64,000 nt of DNA from Terriglobia bacterium (lineage in GTDB: Bacteria > Acidobacteriota > Terriglobia > Bryobacterales > Bryobacteraceae). Positions 38,750-48,845 of this stretch are shown here, one piece after another. The first letter of the stretch is position 1. Every line of letters begins with the position of its first letter. A program made the position numbers and the translations under genes. The notes beneath the pieces were generated by a model. The model did no database searches. It was not told the DNA's origin and worked only from the letters and a program-made list of their open reading frames with translations. The stretch is from contig CAWCYQ010000015.1 in the NCBI GenBank assembly GCA_963799755.1, forward strand, positions 11,139-75,138, given 5' to 3'.

Positions 38750-40234
38750 TTATCTAAGCGTCACTGCAGCTACTTCGAAACCCTTCAACTGAACTTTGCC
38801 GCCCGAGCCGCTCTCCTTTTTCGGCGGGTCGCCCTTCGTGTCTTGATTGACGAATTCGATTTGCCCTGCCGCTTGGGGCAGCTTCAAATCGATGTCACGG
38901 TTTCGCTTGTTAATCAGGAGCAGTTTGTGTTTTCCGTTGCGACCGATAAAGCCGAGCGCGTAGACATATGGTGAACTGCTCGTGGTCTCCACGATCTTGT
39001 CGCCCGGACCGAAGTTATTCTTCAGAAGCTCAAGAATACGCAACCGGGCGTTCGGCAAGCCTGTGTTCCAGTCGAGCAGGGAGACGCTCGGGAACTGCGT
39101 CGGATAGCCGACCAGCTGCGACTCGCCTGCGACATCGATTCCCATCGAAGCTAGATTGCCAAAGACGTAAGCATAGGTCGCACCGCACAGATTCCAATAG
39201 GAGTTCGGAATCGGTTTCGTGACGTGATGCGGATCATTCTGCCCGGAGTCGTCGGCCGAGATGCAGCCGAGCTCATCTACAGTCGTTCCCGTCTGCGGTG
39301 ACAAACGCTTCCGAATGGCTTCGATATAGCGAACACTGTTGAGAAAACCGTCCGCCTGTGCAAAGAACGTGTACTGCTGAATGTCCGGCGTTTCGTCCGC
39401 GGACGGGCTCGCATAGAAATGGTAAGAGATCATGTCGAGCGGAATGCCCGGCTTGTGATTCTTGTGGTCAAGAAAGAAGTCGAACATCTGAGGAGTGTTG
39501 GACGGCATAGCGAGTGCGAGTCCAACAAATTTCATTCCCGGAGCGACCTTACGAATTCCCGAGACGATCGCGTCATAGCGAGCGGTGTATTGCTCAGGCG
39601 ACATCTTGTGTTCGAAGTCTACTTCGTTGAGAATCTCCCAGTAGGGAATCTTGAAATGATGCCCGGATTCGTGTCTCTTTCCGTACTCGTCCGTAAACCC
39701 GCCATTGACGTACCAGCTCACGAGGCGGCCATAATAGTCACCCAATTCCTTGCCGCTGGGGTCACGCAACTCTGTGCCCTGTGTGTAGTCCCATGTGACG
39801 GTATTGGGGTCCTGCGGATAGGGAACGGGTTTCGGCGTTTTGAAGAGCCAGGCTGGAATCGTGCTGAAGTTCAGAATTACCGAGTGCCCCTGGGTCGCGT
39901 TCAGGAAGTCGATGGTCATCGGATCGATCAATGAAAAATCCCAAGACGTCTTCCCGTTAGCCGGCGGTTCCAGTTCCGCAACGCCCAGCTTTGGATAGGG
40001 AAGCCATGGCACATAGCGGACATACTCAGCGCCGAGATTTTTCAAGCTCGCGAAAGCATTGTCGTGAATTGGTGAACCGCGCCGCAGGGGAGGGTTCACG
40101 ACGACTTGCAGCGTCGCGGTTGTTTTGGATACGCGCTCTATTTTGTCCCAGGAGATCTTAACTTCCTGAGCCGCACTCGAAGCCGCGCCCCCGCTTAAAA
40201 CAAGAAGTACCAGACTTAACTTTAGAAGCGACAA
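38750..40234 (-). CDS. secreted glycoside hydrolase (clan GH-A TIM-barrel-like)
   Basis: Signal peptide MSLLKLSLVLLVLSGGAASSAAQ. YWEILNEVD is a candidate acid/base NE motif. It lies downstream of the TonB receptor and isomerase on the same strand. Confidence 0.6.
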   Translation of the reverse strand: MSLLKLSLVLLVLSGGAASSAAQEVKISWDKIERVSKTTATLQVVVNPPLRRGSPIHDNAFASLKNLGAEYVRYVPWLPYPKLGVAELEPPANGKTSWDFSLIDPMTIDFLNATQGHSVILNFSTIPAWLFKTPKPVPYPQDPNTVTWDYTQGTELRDPSGKELGDYYGRLVSWYVNGGFTDEYGKRHESGHHFKIPYWEILNEVDFEHKMSPEQYTARYDAIVSGIRKVAPGMKFVGLALAMPSNTPQMFDFFLDHKNHKPGIPLDMISYHFYASPSADETPDIQQYTFFAQADGFLNSVRYIEAIRKRLSPQTGTTVDELGCISADDSGQNDPHHVTKPIPNSYWNLCGATYAYVFGNLASMGIDVAGESQLVGYPTQFPSVSLLDWNTGLPNARLRILELLKNNFGPGDKIVETTSSSPYVYALGFIGRNGKHKLLLINKRNRDIDLKLPQAAGQIEFVNQDTKGDPPKKESGSGGKVQLKGFEVAAVTLR

Positions 40235-40253
40235 AATACCCCCTTATTGGCTG

Positions 40254-41684
40254 TTAACAAACACGTTTGACTTCCAACCCGAGCAAACTTCCCAGTTTTT
40301 CGATCTTTGAACCGATGTGTCCGACGCCGACCGCGCAATGATGGGCGGGACCTTCTGCGTTCCAATTCTCAATAAACTTGCGCGCGCCCAGGGTAAAGCG
40401 GTAGCGGCTGTTTGTGTTTCCTATTTCGAGAATCGGTCCGGGAACCGATTCACCCTCAGCGATCAGCAGCTTGATCGATCCCTTACCCGTTTCGACGACA
40501 GAGAGCAGCGTCACCGGGCCGTTCCGGACGGACATTTCGACTGAAAGCCCCAAGCCCACTTTCCCGTGATAAACACCCAAGGGACGAACCTTTGTTTTAC
40601 CCTCGGCAATGGCAATGTGGCCCGGCCCATCGTGGCCCATCAGAACTACGTCTTCCTTGAAATCGCTAGCGTAGTATTCCGTGAAAGAACCACCGGCGCC
40701 GAAAGAATCCATGATCTTCATAGCCTGGACGTTCTTCACTTCATATTCGCCGGCGACCGGAATCCCGCGGGCCGTAAGCAGGCTTGTGCCGAGGATGATG
40801 GAGCTGATTGTGTCCTGATTGTCATCGCTTCCGACGCCACGATAGTAATAAGCCAGCGATCCGAGCGAGTGCCGGGCGACCAGGCGATCCAAGGCTATCG
40901 AGGTACGCGCTGCCCTTTGCAATTCATGTTGAGGGCAGTCGTTTTGCACATCGAAGCGTTCATGAAACTCAGCCACTTTGTTCTCTATATCTGACTCCGA
41001 GACTTCGCGCCGCAACGCCGCGAGCTCGTCCACTTCCAGGATTTCTATATGGCCTCCGAAGCTGGCGCACTGCCGGGTCAGGTCCGAGTAGATGTCGAGC
41101 ATCCCTCCGTAGTAGTGGCCCATCAGACCCAGCCGGTTGTGTTCCATGATCTGCGCGGTTCGGGCTGCCGCTACCCAATCAGCGACTTCACTCCAAACTG
41201 ACGGATCGTCATTGATCATGCCCGTCACCTGAAAGAACGGAATCCCGCAGCGGCTGAAAACGTTCGCGATCTCGGGCACTGGGCAGGTCTGGCACCACCC
41301 GAGCCACTCGCCGGTCATGCTGCCACGGTCCTTCGATCGGTTGAAGGCGGTGTAATCGATGGCGGCTCCCGGAGCGAGGTTTAGAACGACGACGGGAACC
41401 TTGGCGCGACGCACGACTGGCAGCACGGTGGAGGAAAGCGCGTACGTTGAAACGTGAAGGAAAATGACGTCCACATCTTCTGTTCGGAAACGATGACCGG
41501 CGGCGACTGCTTTCTCCGGAGTGTCGATCATTCCCAGGTTCACAACGTCGACGCCTTCGCTCTTCAGGCGATCATCGATTTCCTGGTTGTGCGACATCAG
41601 CCGGTCTTGCAAGCCGGCGAATTGAGGCCAGTACGCCTCGAGCCCGATACTGAACAGGCCGAGGCGCAGGTTATAGAGAGTCAT
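40254..41684 (-). CDS. L-fucose/L-arabinose isomerase family protein
   Basis: The N-terminal LGLFSIGLEAYWPQF..L and the overall size and pattern are typical of the arabinose isomerase family. Confidence 0.7.
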   Translation of the reverse strand: MTLYNLRLGLFSIGLEAYWPQFAGLQDRLMSHNQEIDDRLKSEGVDVVNLGMIDTPEKAVAAGHRFRTEDVDVIFLHVSTYALSSTVLPVVRRAKVPVVVLNLAPGAAIDYTAFNRSKDRGSMTGEWLGWCQTCPVPEIANVFSRCGIPFFQVTGMINDDPSVWSEVADWVAAARTAQIMEHNRLGLMGHYYGGMLDIYSDLTRQCASFGGHIEILEVDELAALRREVSESDIENKVAEFHERFDVQNDCPQHELQRAARTSIALDRLVARHSLGSLAYYYRGVGSDDNQDTISSIILGTSLLTARGIPVAGEYEVKNVQAMKIMDSFGAGGSFTEYYASDFKEDVVLMGHDGPGHIAIAEGKTKVRPLGVYHGKVGLGLSVEMSVRNGPVTLLSVVETGKGSIKLLIAEGESVPGPILEIGNTNSRYRFTLGARKFIENWNAEGPAHHCAVGVGHIGSKIEKLGSLLGLEVKRVC

Positions 41685-41690
41685 CGACCG

Positions 41691-44600
41691 CTAGAAGGTC
41701 ACTCGCAATCCGAGCTGGAGACGGCGTGCATCCTCAAGAGTAGAACTGATGGTGCCAAAAGTCGGCGTACCCCAGGTCATATTGGGCGCGGCGAATTGTG
41801 TGTGATTGAAAATGTTGAATGCCTCAACTCGCAGCTGGGCGGCCAAGCGCTCGGTGATATTTGTGTTCTTGAAGAGACTTAAATCCCAGTTGTTTATTCC
41901 GGGTATTTGAAACTGGTTCCGGCCAGCATCGCCTTCGATGTGATTGGGTGGATATGCGAAGGCGGAGGGATCGAGCCATAATCCGCGGGGGTTTTGATTT
42001 GCAGTTGGATCTCCAATCACGTTCGGGACGGACGTGTTGAAGGTCGGGCTGATGTTGGGCCAAAATTGAGATGTCGTCACGCTCTGGTACTGTCCGGCGG
42101 AAAACGTCGCGATCCCGTTGATCTGCCAACCGCCGACGAAGGTGTTTACCAGTCGAGATGCGCTCGAAAGCAGCATCTTGCCACGACCCACCGGCAGTTC
42201 ATAGTTAAAGCTCAAAACCAAACGTTGCGGAACATCATAGTCGGAGTGGCCACGATCGTAAGTCTTGAAGTCGGCGCTGATCATGGAAAAGTCGTCGGTG
42301 TTACCGATGTCGAGTGCCTTCTGATAGGTGTATGCTCCGAGGAAATATAAGCCGGAGTGGAAGCGATGTTCATAGCGGGCGGTGAACGCCTGATAGCTTG
42401 CCCAACCATCGTTATTCGAGAAGAGAATGAACCCGTTGAACTGCGGATAGGGCTCGCGTTGAGAAAGCGGAATGGTATCAGTGGGGTCTATATAGCCCGA
42501 ATCAGGGTTGTATCTTTGGGGAAGCTTCTGTGCGGTGCTTCCTGCGTAACCCAATTCAATGAAGTTATTGCCGGCAAACGTATGCTGGATATCGAACGTC
42601 CATTGTGAGACGTAGGGAGTGCGGCTACGCGGATTGAGCGTAAATGGATTGAATGACGCTCCCACACCGGCGGCCGGGAACAAGTTACTCAAAGATATGG
42701 TCGGCTTGGTGGCATCGGAATTGAGAGTTTGAGAAGAATAAAACGGCGCGCCGACGATCTCGAACTGCAGTTCGTTCGCGTTGTCGGTCGAGTAATAAAT
42801 ACCTCCACCGGCTCGGATGACGGTGCTCTTGTCCACCTGATAAGCAAGGCCGACCCGCGGAGCGAAGTTATTGTAATCGGGATCGACGATCTCCGGCCGG
42901 ACGCCATGGCCCGCGATTACTTCGGTACCGGTAGAGAAGTCGAAGAACTCGGCGCGACCATTGATCTCGCGCGGATAGGGTTGAAATTCATAACGGAGAC
43001 CGAGGTTCAATGTCAGCTTGGGAAGGATATGCCAGTTATCGGTGAGATAGCCGCCATAGTAATTAGAGACCATGTTTTGCGATGAATCACCTATCGACGT
43101 TGTGGCCGTGTAAGGTATGCCGAGTAAAAAGTCCGCAAGCCCGTTACTCATGCCGGTAAACTGCCCGCTGAAGCCGAAGCTCGGAACGCCACCGAAATCC
43201 GTAATCTCGAAATACTTCTCGTGCATGATCTGGAATCCGACTTTGAAATTGTGGTTGCCGCGGGTGATGCTCAGGTTGTCAACATATTGATAGTTCTCTT
43301 CATCTGCGCCAATTGCCTCAGAAAAAGAACCAACCCCTCCGAAACCGGTGATTCCAAAACCCGGAACGCCGAAATCAAACGGATTGGTCGAGGTGTTTTT
43401 CAACCCGAAGGTGGTTGCGGCGTAATTGGGACCGTCGGCTCCCTCTTCCAATTTGTAGGTGGAAGTGTCATTGTGCCCAAAACGGGCTTCGTTGACAATT
43501 GTTGGACTAAAGGTCCGTACCCACGTGCCCGTCCACAACTGATCTTTCAGCGGATTGTTGGTGCCTCCGAGTACGTTTATGGCAGGCACGTAGAGGGGTT
43601 CATTGGAATTCGAGTAACTGCCATAAATTGCGTCTTTGCTACTTAGCTGGTAATCGATTCGCGTATTGTACTGATCGAAATCACTGATCTGTTTTGGCGA
43701 TGCGAAGGTGTTGAAGGTGGGAAAACTGGCTGAGTTGCCGTTAACCGCAATGTTCGGCACGGGCATGAATGGGATTGCCTTCTGAGATACCGGGCTGAGA
43801 CGCGACGCGGGAATCTGGTTCCCTTGAAACGGCAATCCAGTGGTTGGATCGAGCACATTGACGCAATGCTGTGAACCCGGATTTGCGGCACAGAAGGTGG
43901 AGTTTGTCGGGAACAAACCTGTACCCGCGCTGTTGTCGGCGAGATTGCCGGCAAGCTGGGCGGCGGAGGGATACAAGCTCGTGAGATTCAGCCCTTCGCG
44001 TTGCCGGAATCCTTCGTAGTTAAACATGAAAAAGAGCTTGTTCCGGCCGTTGAACAGTTTCGGGATGACGATGGGTCCGGCGGCAGTGGCGCCGAACTGA
44101 TTCTGTGTAAAGGGCGGCGGCGCACTCTGGCCGGCAGCGTTGGCGAAGTAGTTGTTGGCGTCAAAATCCTTGTTGCGGATCAGCTCGAAAGCCACTAGGT
44201 GCAGATCGTTTGTACCGGAGCGGAGCGCTGTATTCACAACGCTCGCGCTGCCACCGAAATCCGGGGTGAAGAAGCCGCGCTGCACGTTGAACTCCTGGAT
44301 GGCATCTGGGTCGGGGCGAATCCCGGCATTTCCGAAACGCGCATTGCGAGTCTCTATTCCGTTTACCAGGTAGCTGGTGTTGCTCTCACGCAGTCCTTCG
44401 ACGGAAACCGTCTGATCGCTTCTGCCCGTCCAGGTAGTCGCGGGAGAAGTCCCCTGTCCTACGGGTGTTACGCCGGCAGAGAGCTGAGCGAGCTGGATGA
44501 AGTTGCGGCCGTTTAACGGGAGATTTTCAATGGTCTGCTGCTGCATGACCTGGCCTTCGGTCGCGCTTTCGGCGTTGAGGAGTGTTTCCGCGCCCGCCGA

Positions 44601-44961
44601 AACGTTCACGGTCTCGGTTACCGTGCCGAGGGTCATTTTCACGCCGACCGCGGCGCGTTGCGCGAGCTGAATCGTGATATCATTCAGGCGCTGCGGCTGG
44701 AATCCCTTCGGCCTTTATGTCGAGCGAGTAAGAGCCCGGCTTTAGCTGGCCGAAGACGTAATTACCAGAACCGTCGGTCCGTCCGGCGCTGGTTGTATTC
44801 TCCTGGACGTTCTTGAGGGTAAGCGTCGCATTAGGAACTGCGGCGCCGTTTGGATCGGCGACATTAACCGCCAGGTCGCCGGTGACGCCCTGGGCATAGA
44901 TGCTCCCGGCCAACGCCAACGTCAACAGGCAGATATAAAGAAAACGGCACTTGGTTTTCAT
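41691..44961 (-). pseudogene. TonB-dependent receptor with CarboxypepD_reg N-domain, frame break at the CCC run 44704-44706
   Basis: ORF 44680..44961 has a signal peptide and the CarboxypepD_reg fold (NATLTLKNV....GRTDGSGNYVFGQLKPGSYSL) and ends at AEGIPAAAPE*. Removing one G on the coding strand gives AEGFQPQRLNDITIQLAQRAAVGVKMTLGTV..., which runs into ORF 41691..44642. That ORF ends with the beta-barrel terminal F. Confidence 0.8.
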
Positions 44962-45184
44962 GTAAACCCCTATTCAAAGCAAAGAACGACTTGACCGCTA
45001 TAGTACTGGCGATTTTAGAAGTGCTCAAGATGCAAGCTGCCCATCGCCAAAGTTTTACAGAGTGAAACGGTCTCGCCCGTCTCGGCTCTACCGCAAACTG
45101 TTGATAAGCTTTCTGCTAAGAGCTGTTGTGCCCTGGTGACGGCATGAGCTGTCACTGCCCATTCGATCGCGATGGTTTCATACA

Positions 45185-46345
45185 ATGAAAAAAACTGACT
45201 CGTCCTATATCGTGGAATCCATTTCGCGGGCGTGCGATGTCCTGGAGACATTCCGCAGCGATGGCGAGTGCCTCCGCTTGTCGGATGTTGCGGCACGTAC
45301 CGGATTGAGCAAGGCCACAGCTTTCCGCATCCTTTTCACTCTCGAACGGCGCGGACTTCTAGAACAAAACGGCGAGCGCAAATATCGCCTGAGAATACGC
45401 CCGCTCAAGCGCCACAAATACCGGCTCGGTTATGGCGCGCAGAGCACCGAATTCCCTTTTTCGCGCGCGGTATGCGAAAGCATCAAGCGAGTGGCAATCG
45501 AAGAAGGAGTCGAACTTCTGGTGCTCGATAACAAATATTGCGCGCAAGCAGCGATTCGCAATGCCGATCTTTTCGTCCGCGAGCGCGTCGATCTGGTCAT
45601 TGAGTTTCAGACCGACGAGCACTGCGCGTCTATCATTTCCTCGAAGCTGCACGATGCCAATATTCCTTTCATCGCGGTGGACATCCCGCATCCGGGCGCG
45701 ACCTACTATGGAGCTAACAACTACCGAGCCGGCTTGATCGGCGGGCGATATTTAGGCAAATGGGCCCTACAACACTGGAGCGGGAAGGTCGATGACATCC
45801 TGCTGCTTACACTGCCGGTCGCGGGTGCGCTCCCGCATTCGAGACTGACTGGCGCGTTGGCTGGATTGCGCGAGGTTCTTCCGCACCTGAGTGATTCGCA
45901 AGCCATTTTCCTGAATGGCAACGGACAGTATGAGCGCAGCCTTGAAGTCGTACGGAAGTATCTGCGAACTTCGAAAGCGCATCGAGTGCTGGTCTCCTCG
46001 ATCAACGATCCGAGTGCCATCGGCGCGCTGCATGCCTTCGAAGAGGCAGGGCGGATCACCGATTGCGCCATTATGGGCCAGAATGCAAGCTCCGAAGCGC
46101 GCGCCGAGATCGGTGAATCCAACTCGCGTCTAGTCGGCTCGGTAGCTTACTTCCCGGAACGCTATGGCGAGGCTCTCATTCCTTTGGCGATCGACATCAT
46201 CCAGGGAAAAGCAATTCCCCCGGCAATTTTCGTAAAGCATCAGCTCGTCGCCCGAGAGAATTTAAAGCGCATCTACCCGGAGGAGGTGCGTGAGGATTAC
46301 GCCGAGACAGAGGGAGTCACCCGGCTCAGAGCGGCCGCTCCTTAA
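45185..46345 (+). CDS. transcriptional regulator: IclR-type wHTH fused to a periplasmic-binding-protein (LacI/RbsB-like) sugar-binding domain
   Basis: N-terminal SISRACDVLETFRSDGECLRLSDVAARTGLSKATAFRILFTLERRGLLEQ. A PBP type-1 pattern follows (YRLGYGAQSTEFPFS...VELLVLDN......DLVIEFQ). It is divergent from the TonB receptor. Confidence 0.7.
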   Translation: MKKTDSSYIVESISRACDVLETFRSDGECLRLSDVAARTGLSKATAFRILFTLERRGLLEQNGERKYRLRIRPLKRHKYRLGYGAQSTEFPFSRAVCESIKRVAIEEGVELLVLDNKYCAQAAIRNADLFVRERVDLVIEFQTDEHCASIISSKLHDANIPFIAVDIPHPGATYYGANNYRAGLIGGRYLGKWALQHWSGKVDDILLLTLPVAGALPHSRLTGALAGLREVLPHLSDSQAIFLNGNGQYERSLEVVRKYLRTSKAHRVLVSSINDPSAIGALHAFEEAGRITDCAIMGQNASSEARAEIGESNSRLVGSVAYFPERYGEALIPLAIDIIQGKAIPPAIFVKHQLVARENLKRIYPEEVREDYAETEGVTRLRAAAP

Positions 46346-46402
46346 CGGTCGCGGTTCTGCCGGTACACTGTAGTGGGTTATAGAAGGATGCGATAGCGCT
46401 CG

Positions 46403-47083
46403 TTACAGCCGGGGCTCCGAGTGAGCTGTTTCGGCGGCTTGAGCGGCGCCGTCGAGCAGGTTGGAGTGAAGTAGAAAAAACGAAGCCAAGGCGTCCGGGT
46501 TGTCGAATTTCTGTTGGGCCAGCATGCGTTTGAACTGTCCCATATTGCTAGCCTTGGCGGGAGGCTCGGTTTGCGCCTGTTCGGTTTGGCGGCGATCCTC
46601 TTGCAATTCGCGGAGTTCGGCCATGTCCTTCTCGCGCTGGCGCTGCAGGCGGCCTTCCTGGATTTGGAGGTTGCGCAGCGGCTTCTGATATTGCAGGAAA
46701 GTTTCGAGGTCGATGCGGGCGGAGAGGACGGCCGGGTCGAGTTCTTCGAATTGCGGGGCGAATTCGTCACGGCCACGAGCATAGATCGCCATTTCGAGAC
46801 CGGGGATGCGCTGCAGACGCCATTGGATATCGGCGAGGGATTGGACTAACTCGCGTTCGCGAACACCGATGGGGTGAAACTCGCTTTCGTAAGCGAAGAG
46901 ATGCTGCTGGTAAGCCTCGGCGTCATCGGAGGGCAGCAGAACGGTGCGGCCGGTTAAGCCGGTTTTGACGGCATTCATCGAGGAAGTGACTTTACCTTCG
47001 GCGCTGCGCGGGCCGGTAGAGAGTTGGGCATTCGCACGGTTGGCAACGATGCGAGATTCGGAAACAGGCGATTCGGATTTCAT
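46403..47083 (-). CDS. hypothetical protein
   Basis: Clean 226-aa ORF with ordinary composition. I recognise no motif. Confidence 0.5.
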   Translation of the reverse strand: MKSESPVSESRIVANRANAQLSTGPRSAEGKVTSSMNAVKTGLTGRTVLLPSDDAEAYQQHLFAYESEFHPIGVRERELVQSLADIQWRLQRIPGLEMAIYARGRDEFAPQFEELDPAVLSARIDLETFLQYQKPLRNLQIQEGRLQRQREKDMAELRELQEDRRQTEQAQTEPPAKASNMGQFKRMLAQQKFDNPDALASFFLLHSNLLDGAAQAAETAHSEPRL

Positions 47084-47170
47084 GAGTGGGCGGTGCTCCT
47101 GGCCACAGGAGATAGCACACTAAGACTCGAAAACGAACTTTGGCGTAGCGTGAAACAGGGTTAAATCGCA

Positions 47171-47211
47171 TGGAATGAACGAGTAGGCGATATTTCGTCG
47201 AGCTGTGAACT
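47171..47211. repeat. left half of a repeated intergenic element, interrupted by the IS110 element
   Basis: About 33 of 41 positions are identical to 51681-51721 in the same orientation. Confidence 0.6.
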
Positions 47212-47214
47212 TCC

Positions 47215-47452
47215 ATGTCGGGGCGGCGCAACGGGGGATGAAAACGGTATCGAGGAGCGATAGGCTGCTGGATGCCGGGAGCGGACAGAGGCCGTTATCA
47301 GTCTGGAGCTAGCAGCCCGCTTGTGAACTTGGCCCGGGCGCCGCAGTTTGTGCACGGCACAACGGATTGTGGCCTCTGCCGCGAGGCGGAGAGCACGTGA
47401 AGGAAAGTCGACGGTTTTCCAGGCGTCCCTTACTCGCGGCAAAGGAGGCGAT
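47215..47452 (+). ncRNA. candidate IS110 bridge RNA region (left-end non-coding)
   Basis: Its position upstream of the transposase is as in IS110-group elements. It contains tgtgaactt (47322-47330), identical to the 9 nt abutting the insertion point (47204-47212). No fold was computed. Confidence 0.3.
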
Positions 47453-48725
47453 ATGAAATTACTGTACCGCTGCTGTGCCGGATTGGATATTCACCGCGAC
47501 ACAGTCAGCGCGTGTGTGCGACGGCGCGTCCGCGGACAAGCGGAGGCGGCCATCGAAGAACAAGTGTTTGGCACCTTCACGCAAGAGTTGGAGCGCTTGC
47601 GTAACTGGCTGAAGAAGCATAAGGTCCGGCAAGTAGCTATGGAGTCGACGGGTGTGTACTGGATTCCGATCTGGAACGTACTCGAACGGAACAGCAGGTT
47701 CACTCTGACGTTGGTGAACCCAGCAACGGTGCGCGCTCTACAAGGTCAGAAGACCGATCGCATCGATGCGCGACGTATTGCCGAGTATCTGCAATACGGG
47801 CTGTTGCGGGGCAGTTTTATTCCACCGCCGCCCATCCGTCACTTGCGTGAGCTGACACGCATGCGAGTGCATATCCAGCAAGACCGCAACCGAGTGGTGA
47901 ACCGCATCGCGCGGCTACTGGAGACCGTAAACATCAAGCTGGCCTCGGTGGCTTCCCACATCGTGGGCACCAGTGGCATGGCAATGTTGCGGCTGCTGGC
48001 CAGCGGTATGCGCGATCCAGAACGATTGGCCGAATGCGCCCGGGGTCAGATGCGGATCAAGATCCCGCACTGATACTGGCGCTGGACGGCAGGCCGGACG
48101 AGCATTTCCGCTGGATGCTTGCGCAACTACTGGCCAAACTGGATCGCTTAGGCGAGGAACGGGCGCGAGTCGATGCGCGGCTTCAGGAACTGGCACTCCC
48201 CTTTGCCGATGTTGTACGTCGACTCTGCACGATCCCCGGCGTTGATAGCACGACCGCGCTGGTGCTGCTGGCCGAGTTCGGCACGGATATGACCCAGTTC
48301 CCGACAACGGCTCGCTTGGCGAGTTGGGCCGGGCTGTGTGCGGGAAACGCAGAGAGCGCAGGCAAGCGTTTTTCCGGACGGACGCGCAAAGGCGACCGTT
48401 ATGTACGGCGCAGCTTAGTGCAGAGTGCCTGGGCGGCGTCGCGCACCAAGGATTGTTTCCTGGCGCCTTATTCTTTCGCACTGCACAGCGCCGTGGCTTA
48501 AAGAAAGCTGCTGTCGCTGTGGCGCACCGGATATTGATGATTGCCTGGCACATCCTGGCCGAAGAAGGCGTTGAATACTATGAGCGCGGCGGTGATCACT
48601 TCGATCGCGCAACCGGAAGCACCGCGCGCAAATTGACGCGCAGATTGGAGGCATTGGTACCAGGTGACGCTGCTGCGCAAGCTAAATCGCCACGCGTGTC
48701 CGAAACGCTTGGTGTGTACATCTGA
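47453..48725 (+). pseudogene. IS110-family transposase with two frame breaks (CCC 48064-48066, GG 48462-48463)
   Basis: DEDD_Tnp_IS110 N-domain (CAGLDIHRDTVSAC...VAMESTGVYWIPIWNVLE). Transposase_20 region (LCTIPGVDSTTALVLLAEFGTDMTQFPTTARLASWAGLCAGNAESAGKR). The tail RRGLKKAAVAVAHRILMIAWHIL is in a third frame. AAAGGAGG precedes the ATG at 47453. Confidence 0.85.
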
Positions 48726-48845
48726 ATGGAAGTGGTGTTGGAAGTGTATGGAGAAAAAAAAAGAGGAAGTGACCGAACTTCCGGGTTCCTGCGAAATCAA
48801 ACTGCAACGAGAAGTTATTAGGTTAGAGAAGTAGAGTTTTAAAGG

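Larger units (their letters stand above)
47207..48782 (+). mobile_element. IS110-family insertion sequence
   Basis: DEDD transposase with a 240-bp non-coding left end. The word gaacttcc is present at both junctions (47207-47214 and 48775-48782). The flanks together resemble the uninterrupted element at 51681-51756. Confidence 0.7.

Noticed and set aside
47453-48725. Programmed ribosomal frameshifting as the explanation for the split IS110 transposase.
   Set aside because: IS110-family transposases are single-ORF proteins and no slippery heptamer is present. Identical homopolymer-type breaks occur in unrelated housekeeping genes of this window.
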